From Acidobacteriota bacterium (lineage in GTDB: Bacteria > Acidobacteriota > UBA6911 > RPQK01 > JAJDTT01): a stretch of DNA of 64,000 bases. Below are positions 28,190 to 35,781 of the stretch, piece by piece. The DNA lies in assembly GCA_965217775.1 (NCBI GenBank), contig CBDCJH010000002.1, positions 3,264,001 to 3,328,000 on the forward strand, given 5' to 3'. The notes under the pieces were generated by a model. The model did not search any database, had not been told where the DNA came from, and saw only the letters and a list, made by a program, of their open reading frames with translations. Made by a program: the position numbers and the translations under genes. The stretch's first letter is position 1. Each line of letters begins with the position of its first letter.

Positions 28190-29154
28190 ACGTCGCAGAT
28201 CGAATCAACCGCATACTCCTGATCATGAGCTACGTCTCCCAGAACCAGGGGATCTGGTTGGACGATCTGGCCAAAAAGGTGGAGATGCGACCCCAGGAGC
28301 TGTTGAAGGAGCTGGAATTCATGCTCCTCATCGGCAAGCCTCCGTTTCGGCCCGACGACTATGTGGACATCTACGTGGAGGACCGGCGAGTCTTCATCGA
28401 GTTCGACCAGATGTTGAACCGTCCCCTGCGCTTCACCCGGCCCGAAGCGGTGGCGTTGCTGGTCTCCCTCCAGTTGCTGGACCCGGAAGTGGATCCCGAA
28501 GCCGTCAGGTCCCTGAAGAGCAAGATCCGTCAGGCCATCGCCCGCTCGGAGGACTCCCGTTCCCGGATCGAGAATCGTGTCGTCGTGGACCGGCCGTCCC
28601 GGCCCGTCTCGGAACACTTTGCGCTCTTGCGCCAAGCCGTTGAGGATCACCTCAAGGTGCGGATCGACTACTACTCGTTGACCCGAAACGAGACCTTGAG
28701 CCGCAACGTTCGCCCCTACTACCTGATGAAACGTCTGGGCTACTGGTATATGGAGGGTTACTGCGAACTCCGGCGTGACGTTCGGACCTTCAAGTTCGAT
28801 CGGGTCCTGGCGGTGGACCTGTTGAAGGACTCATTCTCTCTCCCCGAGGGTGTGGACGTGCGCCAAGACAGAAACAACTTCCTGCGGTTTCCAGGCGATC
28901 GCGAGATCCGGGTCTATTTCGACGCGGACGTGGCTCCCTGGATCAAGGAGCAATGGGGGGATTCGGTGGAACCAGTAAAGGACGGGGGGGTGGTCCTGAC
29001 CCTGGAGAGTGAGACGCTGGAATTCCCTTCCCGCCTGGTTCTGCAATTTGCCCGTCATGCCCGCCCTTTGAGCCCTCCCGAGTTGATCGAGAAGGTCCGG
29101 AGCGATGCCAGGAAGGTATTGGCCCTGTACGATTCGCCGGTTTCGGCTTCATGA
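28186..29154 (+). CDS. pafC: HTH-WYL-WCX transcriptional regulator, PafC-like
   Basis: RILLIMSYV, PPFRPDDYVDI, RPLRFTRPEAVAL, WYMEGYC..R.DVRTFKFDR motifs; ATGA overlap with pafB. Confidence 0.85.
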   Translation: MNVADRINRILLIMSYVSQNQGIWLDDLAKKVEMRPQELLKELEFMLLIGKPPFRPDDYVDIYVEDRRVFIEFDQMLNRPLRFTRPEAVALLVSLQLLDPEVDPEAVRSLKSKIRQAIARSEDSRSRIENRVVVDRPSRPVSEHFALLRQAVEDHLKVRIDYYSLTRNETLSRNVRPYYLMKRLGYWYMEGYCELRRDVRTFKFDRVLAVDLLKDSFSLPEGVDVRQDRNNFLRFPGDREIRVYFDADVAPWIKEQWGDSVEPVKDGGVVLTLESETLEFPSRLVLQFARHARPLSPPELIEKVRSDARKVLALYDSPVSAS

Positions 29155-29375
29155 GTGCCGCTGCCTGTCGCCGGTGCCGGATCACCAGGCCGCAACTTCC
29201 ACCAGGGAGCGCGATGATCGCGCCGGATTTTCGCTTCCAGCAGGTGTCCGGCACAGTCGGCTCCCCGGAGACTTCGATAGAATATCGGTAGTGGACCGAT
29301 GATCATCATGCACCCGGCGACCCAGCGAGAAATTCGGGGCAGAAGGCAACCCAAACAAGGATGGAGAATGTCGTC

Positions 29376-29936
29376 ATGAAGAAAACAGCGCGAAGGGGTG
29401 TCGTGCCCGTCTGGATGGTTTTTCTGGCTCTGTCCTGCGGACCGGCGCCCGACGAGGACGCCTCGACCGGGTCTGAAGCGGGAGCGGAGGCCGATGCCGG
29501 CTTGGCTGCGGCCGCGATCCTCCATCCCACCGAAGGAAACGACACCGAGGGAATCGTCGCCTTCGCGGAGATGGGCGGTGGAATTCACGTCATGGCTCAC
29601 GTGACCGGGCTGGAGCCGGGCCGATACGGCCTTCACGTGCACGAGATGGGAGACTGCAGTTCGGGGGATGGGACGAGCGCGGGCGCAATCTTCGACCCCG
29701 AAGGATCCGGTTCGGGGACTCCCGCCGGTCAATTGGGCGAGATCGAAGCCGACGAGAGCGGCATGGCCCACTTCATGACCGACCTGCACCAGATCGCCTT
29801 GTCGGAGGGTCCTCGATCCGTGGTCGGCCGCTCGGTGGTCATCATGACGGCCGGAGGAGAGACCTTCGCGTCCCTGGCCTGTGGAGTCATCGAACCGCAG
29901 GCGGCAGGCGCCATGCGCGAGGGTTCGGGATTCTGA
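29376..29936 (+). CDS. Cu/Zn superoxide dismutase-fold lipoprotein, degenerate active site
   Basis: Lipobox FLALSC; GLHVHEMGDCS..TSAG, GRSVVI and LACGVI motifs. Confidence 0.75.
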   Translation: MKKTARRGVVPVWMVFLALSCGPAPDEDASTGSEAGAEADAGLAAAAILHPTEGNDTEGIVAFAEMGGGIHVMAHVTGLEPGRYGLHVHEMGDCSSGDGTSAGAIFDPEGSGSGTPAGQLGEIEADESGMAHFMTDLHQIALSEGPRSVVGRSVVIMTAGGETFASLACGVIEPQAAGAMREGSGF

Positions 29937-30017
29937 TCCCGGATCGCCCCGAAAATCGGGCCGGATCTGGAGAATCTGCCCGGTTCGATAACCGCCCGAA
30001 ACCTCCGTCTCAGGCTG

Positions 30018-30500
30018 TCAGTCCGAAACTTTGAGTTCCGCCGTCAACCTCCTGTTGCCCCAGTCCGCCCGGAGTACCGCTCCTCCGGTGTCATGGCCGT
30101 ACCTGCTGCGGAGGAGGTAGATGGTGAACGTCTCCACGTTCGCGTCGACGACTTCCGTCTTGAGGGGAACCACCGCCTCGTCGCCATTAAAGAGCAACTC
30201 CCATTCGTCAGCGCTCACGCACTTGGCCTGCAGCTTGTAGTCGCCCGCAGGAATCGAGACCTCGCCGGACACGAGATTTGCTTCGGTCTTGATGGTCGTC
30301 GGTGCGTTCATGCCCATGCGCCAGATCATGCCCGCTTTGGCCTTACCCAGCATGTCGCGGCCCCGGAGCGAGGGTCGCCCATACTCGATGGAGACCTTCT
30401 TTCCTTTCAAGGTCAACTCGGCGGACCCGCGGAGATCCTGCTGGGCCTCCAACGAGAACTGAGTCAACAGAACTGCTGCAATGACGAGAGCTTTCTTCAT
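30018..30500 (-). CDS. DUF2911 domain protein
   Basis: Signal peptide; IEYGRPSLRGR, WRMGMNAPT and IPAGDY motifs. Confidence 0.85.
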   Translation of the reverse strand: MKKALVIAAVLLTQFSLEAQQDLRGSAELTLKGKKVSIEYGRPSLRGRDMLGKAKAGMIWRMGMNAPTTIKTEANLVSGEVSIPAGDYKLQAKCVSADEWELLFNGDEAVVPLKTEVVDANVETFTIYLLRSRYGHDTGGAVLRADWGNRRLTAELKVSD

Positions 30501-30683
30501 GAATCTTCTCCTCGATCGATTCTTTGATGGAACTTGTGAACTCGACCCAACCGTCGGCGAACGCGGCAGGGCACGACACGCGCAGAATCACACACCATTT
30601 TTCGGTTGGCGTCAATTCGAGCCGACGGCACCGTCGATCTGACCAGTACCGCCGTTGACCGGCGAAAACCCAACGGCATATGC

Positions 30684-30701
30684 TTGACCAAGGTTGACCA
30701 A
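30684..30701 (+). promoter_or_regulatory. Direct-repeat operator candidate of the TA module
   Basis: TTGACCAA-GG-TTGACCAA; conserved as TTGACCAA-AG-TTCACCAA at 35242-35259 before the second copy. Confidence 0.55.
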
Positions 30702-30715
30702 CTACGAGGTCGGAC

Positions 30716-30961
30716 ATGGCTGAAACGGTCTACAATCTTTACGAAGCCAAATCGTCTCTCTCTCGCCTCGTCGACCGGGCCGCGGGAGGAGAGGAAATCA
30801 TAATTGCCAAGTCTGGAAAACCCTTGGCGCGCCTGGGGCCCCTCCGACAAAGAGTCGCTCAGCGGAAGCCCGGGGGATGGGAAGGCCGTGTCTACATCTC
30901 GGAAGACTTTGACGAGCCTTTGCCGCCGGAGATCCTATCGGCTTTCGAAGGACAGGGATGA
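30716..30961 (+). CDS. Phd/YefM family antitoxin
   Basis: NLYEAKSSLSRLVDRAAGGEEIIIAKSGKPLARL motif. Confidence 0.92.
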   Translation: MAETVYNLYEAKSSLSRLVDRAAGGEEIIIAKSGKPLARLGPLRQRVAQRKPGGWEGRVYISEDFDEPLPPEILSAFEGQG

Positions 30962-31335
30962 AATTGCTGCTGCTGGATACGCATGTGTTCCTGTGGTGGC
31001 GAAGCCAGCCCTCCAAGATTTCCCCAGAGGTGACCAAGGCGATTGCGACTGCGGAGGTCGTCTTCGTCAGCGCAGCCTCGGCCTGGGAAGCTTCGACAAA
31101 AGCTGCTCTGGGGAAGCTGAGGCTCCCTGAGAGTTTCGAATCGGGAGTAGCCAAGAGCGGCTTTCAACAGTTGCCGATCGGCTTTGGCCACGCCGGCCCG
31201 GTTTCAGACCTGCCCCCTCACCACCAGGATCCCTTCGATCGCATGCTGATTGCCCAGGCTCAGTCGGAGGGCCTGACCCTGGTCAGCCACGATCGACGCC
31301 TGGCACCCTACGACGTGCCCATCCTCTGGGTTTGA
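30958..31335 (+). CDS. vapC: VapC (PIN) toxin
   Basis: LLDTHVFLWW, SAASAWE and HQDPFDRMLIAQA motifs; ATGA overlap. Confidence 0.92.
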   Translation: MKLLLLDTHVFLWWRSQPSKISPEVTKAIATAEVVFVSAASAWEASTKAALGKLRLPESFESGVAKSGFQQLPIGFGHAGPVSDLPPHHQDPFDRMLIAQAQSEGLTLVSHDRRLAPYDVPILWV

Positions 31336-31553
31336 TCCGTGGTCCTGGAACGGCTCTCCGTGGACGCCCGAACCGGACGAATCCAGAGCATGTTTCTCAG
31401 GAAGCGGAAGAAATAGACTGTCCCCTTTATTGGCCGTTGCGCGCGTTCAATCTCGGAGGGGACGTGTACACTGTGCGCGGCCGGACGAATCAGGGCCAGC
31501 TTGATGGAACGGGAACACGAGTCGTTCGAGGTCGTTGCCGCTGATGCCGCTGG

Positions 31554-33377
31554 ATGCGCCGTCTGGGACTGTTCGGCATGAGTCGCCCTTCCCTCTACCT
31601 GAGATATCTGAGCGGCGTTCTCGCTTGGGTCAGCCTCATCGCCTGTGGCTCTGACCCTGCAGATCGTCCGAACGTGGTCCTGGTCATCACGGACGACCAG
31701 GGATATGGAGATCTGGGCTTTCACGGCAACCCGGTTCTCAAGACGCCCAACCTCGATCAGTTGGCCGGCGAATCGGTGCGACTTACGGACTACCACGTTG
31801 CCCCCACCTGTTCGCCGACCCGCAGCGCTCTCCAGACCGGGCGTTGGACCAACCGGACCGGTGTCTGGCACACCATCATGGGCCGCTCGCTCTTGCGTGA
31901 GGATGAAGTGACGCTGGGCCAGGTCTTCCGGGATGCCGGCTATGCCACGGGCATGTTCGGCAAGTGGCATCTGGGTGACAACTATCCTTTTCGGCCCGAA
32001 GATCGCGGCTACACCGAGGTCATGCGTCATGCTGCGGGAGGCATCGGCCAGACACCCGACTACTGGGACAACGCCTACTTCGATGGCAGCTACTTCCACA
32101 ACTCCAGACCGGAACCGGTAGAGGGGTTCTGCACAGACGTCTGGTTCGAGTACGCCCGGCGATTTATCGCTGCTCAGAAAAAGGCGGGCAAGCCCTTCTT
32201 TGCCTACATTTCGACCAATGCCCCCCACGGCCCCATGCACTCACCCGAATCCTTCAGTGCCCCCTATGGGCATCTGGACACGAAGCTGGCCAACTTCTTC
32301 GGCATGATTGCCAACATCGACGACAACGTGGGGCGGCTCCGATCCTTTTTGGATCAGGAAGGGCTGGCGCGGAACACGATCTTCATCTTTACCACCGACA
32401 ACGGCTCGTCGGCCGGAGACCTGGTGTTCAACGCAGGCATGCGGGGCAGGAAGGGGAGCGAATACGATGGGGGCCATCGGGTGCCGTTCTTCATCCACTG
32501 GCCGGAAGGTGGCCTCATCGGCGGAAGGGACGTCGACCCCATCACAGCTCACGTCGACGTGCTGCCGACTCTGGCTGACCTATGTGGGATCCGGGCGCCG
32601 AAGGGCGTGACGTTGGATGGGCGGAGCGTCCGTCCGCTGTTGTTCGATGAGGTGGCCCCGGAGCATGGCCGTTGGCCCGACCGGATCCTGGTCACGGACT
32701 CGCAGCGGGTCAAGGATCCCATCAAGTGGCGCAAGAGTTCGGTCATGACGAGCCGTTGGCGGCTGGTGAATGGCGAAGAGCTCTATGACATCAAAGCCGA
32801 CCCTGGCCAACAGCAGGACGTCGCGCCGTCGCATCCGCAGGTGGTGAAACGCCTGAGGGACTTCTACGATTCCTGGTGGGCCGAGTTGGAGCCCACCTTT
32901 GACCAGGACGCCCGGATCTACCTGGGACATGAAGCGGACAATCCGACGACTCTGACCAGTCACGACTGGATCACCACGGGTTATCCCCCCTGGAACCAAT
33001 CCCAAATCCGCGATGCCCTGACCGGTGCCGGCCGCACCGGCCACTGGAACGTCCACGTGGCCCACGAGGGGGACTATGAGTTCCGCCTGCGCCGCTGGCC
33101 GGCAGAAGCGGACACGCCGATCACGGCCGGTCTCGACCCCGGCGCACCGGTCCCGGGTGAGCCGGCCTTCCGGACCACGCCCGGGAAGGCTCTGGCCATC
33201 GTGCAGGCCAAGTTGGAGATTGCTGGCCAGGAAGTGGAGAAATCCGTTGCCCCCGGTGCCAAGGAGGCCGTCTTCAACCTGAAACTGAGCCCCGGCCCCG
33301 CTACAGTGACGGCCCGCTTCATCACCGGGGACGGCCAAGCCTACGGGGCATACTACGTGTCGGTGAAGAGGCGGTGA
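31554..33377 (+). CDS. Arylsulfatase (Cys-type formylglycine sulfatase), probable lipoprotein
   Basis: PNVVLVITDDQGYGD, CSPTRSALQTGR, GKWHLG and TDNG motifs; LIAC lipobox; start may be 31578. Confidence 0.93.
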   Translation: MRRLGLFGMSRPSLYLRYLSGVLAWVSLIACGSDPADRPNVVLVITDDQGYGDLGFHGNPVLKTPNLDQLAGESVRLTDYHVAPTCSPTRSALQTGRWTNRTGVWHTIMGRSLLREDEVTLGQVFRDAGYATGMFGKWHLGDNYPFRPEDRGYTEVMRHAAGGIGQTPDYWDNAYFDGSYFHNSRPEPVEGFCTDVWFEYARRFIAAQKKAGKPFFAYISTNAPHGPMHSPESFSAPYGHLDTKLANFFGMIANIDDNVGRLRSFLDQEGLARNTIFIFTTDNGSSAGDLVFNAGMRGRKGSEYDGGHRVPFFIHWPEGGLIGGRDVDPITAHVDVLPTLADLCGIRAPKGVTLDGRSVRPLLFDEVAPEHGRWPDRILVTDSQRVKDPIKWRKSSVMTSRWRLVNGEELYDIKADPGQQQDVAPSHPQVVKRLRDFYDSWWAELEPTFDQDARIYLGHEADNPTTLTSHDWITTGYPPWNQSQIRDALTGAGRTGHWNVHVAHEGDYEFRLRRWPAEADTPITAGLDPGAPVPGEPAFRTTPGKALAIVQAKLEIAGQEVEKSVAPGAKEAVFNLKLSPGPATVTARFITGDGQAYGAYYVSVKRR

Positions 33378-33384
33378 AGCCGGT

Positions 33385-33420
33385 CCGGTCAAATGCCAAG
33401 ACGGCGTTGGCCGCGGGCTG
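33385..33420. repeat. Right-end remnant of MITE-like family A
   Basis: CGGTCAAATGCCAAGACGGCGTTGGCCGCGGGCTG matches the right end of the 62167-62325 and 6464-6625 elements. Confidence 0.6.
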
Positions 33421-33471
33421 TCATCCGGCTTTCCCGATGAATTGGACCGGGCGGGAGACTCTCAGTCGAGA

Positions 33472-34556
33472 TCACAACGTCCAACCGGGACGGAATTCCC
33501 GCCTCAGCAGCGCAGTGGCCTCGGGAGAGTTGGTGACCCGCAGGTTATCGGCGTCCCAGTCGAGCTTGGCTCCGGAGCGGTGGGCAACGGCACCCAGGTT
33601 GACCGCCTCCGAGAGGGGGCCGGAATAGCCGAAGTGGCTGCTCGTTGGGCTCCCCGTCTTGCAGGCGGCGATCCACTCGGCGCGATGGCCCACCTCAGCC
33701 GTTCGCCGCCATTCCTCGTGATGTTTGTAGGCGGCCATCCACTCGGCACGACGGCCGATTTCCGCACCGATGGACGGGGGGATGCTCGGCTTGGGCGGCT
33801 TGAAGTTGGCGAACTTTTCCGCAGGCCAGAGCATCCGCTGCGGGTAATTCACCAGCAGCATTCCCTCGGTGCCCACAAAGACCCCCCAGGCCCAGTCTGG
33901 GAAGTCATTTTCGGCAACGACCGGTGGCGGTTGACCGCCTCGCGTCCAGGTCAGGGTGACCGGCGGCATCTGTCCGCGGGCCGGAAACCGGTAGCGGACA
34001 TGGATCCGCTCGGGAGCCATCTCGGGATGCGGCGGCGGTCCCTCGGCCTCCACTGAGATCGGATAGCGGAGATTCAGAGCCCAGAAGGCCAGGTTGAAGT
34101 AGTGGGTGGCGGTGTTGCCGAGACCACCGATGCCGAAATCCCACCAGCTCTGCCAGTTGCCGCCGCAGCCGCGGGAATAGGTGGGATGATAGGGGCGGTA
34201 AGGCGCCGTCCCCAGGAAGAGATCCCAGTGAAGCCCTTTGGGGACGGGTGGTGTCTCCGTCGGGCGGTTCCTCGGGCTGCGTCCCCCGCGGACCCAGATA
34301 TGGCATTCCTCCACCGCGCCGATGGCTCCGCCGCGGACCAGTTCGACGATGCGGCGGAAGTTGTCCGAGGCGTGGATCTGGGATCCCAACTGCGTCGCTA
34401 CCTTCTTCTCAGCGGCGACCTTGGCCAGCATGCGAGCTTCGAAGACCGAGATGGCTCCCGGCTTTTCGCAGTAGACGTGCTTTCCGCGCTGCATCGCCGC
34501 AAGACTGGCCGGAGCGTGGGTGTGATCGGGAGTGGTCACTACCACCGCGTCGATCT
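33472..34556 (-). pseudogene. 5'-truncated Gfo/Idh/MocA oxidoreductase
   Basis: Begins at IDAVVVTTPDHTH...GKHVYCEKP; lacks the Tat signal and Rossmann GxGxxG present in paralog 62377..63852. Confidence 0.85.
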
Positions 34557-35195
34557 CAGGAGAAGGGGACCGCGACATTCTACGATTTCCGGGAAGACGA
34601 GCATCAGATGGGGCTCCTGTTCCAAGCGTTCGTCAAGACCTTCTACGCCCGGGAAACGGGCTACAAGGTCAGCGCACCGAAGATCGACTGGTTCGGGGCA
34701 GAGAATAGCGAGGCGGATCTCCGTCACCTGCCAGGCATGCAGACGGACATCGCATTACGGTCGTGCGAACGCACAATCATCCTCGGCACCAAGTTCTACA
34801 AGAACCCTCTGAACACGCGTTTCGGTGGACAGCGCGTGCACTCGGGCAATCTCTATCAGATCTTCGCCTACGTGATGAATTGGGCGGCGGAAGCGAGTGC
34901 AGGAGATCCCCAGCCAGAGGGATGGCTGCTTTACGCGGCGGTCGACCGTAGATTCGACTATCGGTTCGAGTTGATGGGGCGGTCGATTCGGGTGTGCTCA
35001 ATCGACCTCGCGCAGGATTGGAGGGCGATCGAAAGTGACCTGAAGGAGTTGTTGGTCTTCCGGACCCACCCTGCGCCGGGGCAGATGGTAGGCCGCGTGT
35101 CCGACCCCCCGGCGCTTGCACGACGTTCATCCCGATGGTGCACGATTCATTCAAGTGACACCAGCACCACACCGCTTCCGACTTCCGGCAGTTGA
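34555..35195 (+). pseudogene. mcrC: McrC (5-methylcytosine restriction nuclease subunit) C-terminal fragment
   Basis: FYDFREDEHQMGLLFQ..LPGMQTDI..IILGTKFYK..HSGNLYQIFAY parallels McrC; N-terminal half absent; no mcrB nearby. Confidence 0.8.
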
Positions 35196-35273
35196 TCTCA
35201 CCAGTTCCGCTGTTGACGGACAAATTCCCGACAGCGCACACTTGACCAAAGTTCACCAACTAGGAGGTTGGAC

Positions 35274-35519
35274 ATGGTGGTAGCGGTCTATAACCTTTAC
35301 GAAGCCGAATCGTCTCTCTCCCGTCTCGTCGATCGGGCGGCTCGAGGAGAGGTGATTATCATTGCCAAGGCCGGGAAACCCCTGGCGCGGCTGGCTCCCC
35401 TCCGGCAAAGGGTGCTCAAGCGAAAGCCTGGGGGATGGGAAGGCCGGGTTTACATCGCGGATGACTTTGACGAGCCTCTGCCGCCGGAGACCCTCTCGAA
35501 CTTCAAAGGACGGGGTTGA
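35274..35519 (+). CDS. Phd/YefM family antitoxin, second copy
   Basis: Close paralog of 30716..30961; AGGAGG RBS. Confidence 0.85.
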   Translation: MVVAVYNLYEAESSLSRLVDRAARGEVIIIAKAGKPLARLAPLRQRVLKRKPGGWEGRVYIADDFDEPLPPETLSNFKGRG

Positions 35520-35521
35520 CC

Positions 35522-35653
35522 ATGCTGTTTCCGGATACCCATGTCTTCCTGTGGTGGCGAAGTGAGCCCTCGAAGATATCCCCAGAGTTGACTAAGGCCG
35601 TCGCGACTACGCAGATCGACTTTGCCAGCGCAGCCTCGGCCTGGAACGGCTGA
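35522..35653 (+). pseudogene. Truncated VapC toxin, second copy
   Basis: MLFPDTHVFLWWRSEPSKISPE...SAASAWNG then stop after 43 codons. Confidence 0.8.
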
Positions 35654-35781
35654 ATCGGAGCAGCCCCATTTGGGGACATTCCGACAGGTTGATCCCAACC
35701 ACCTCACGATAGATCCGGATCGCCACCACCGCCCCGGACACGAAGCCGTCAATCCTACTTCGGGAGCCTATCTCGGTTGGA

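Noticed and set aside
31409-31430. AAATAGACTGTCCCCTTTATT as a repeat or mobile-element end
   Set aside because: Single occurrence, with no partner inverted copy found in the window
34248-35195. 315-aa ORF as a full-length gene
   Set aside because: The first ~100 codons are the antisense of the oxidoreductase; only the part after ~34555 resembles McrC
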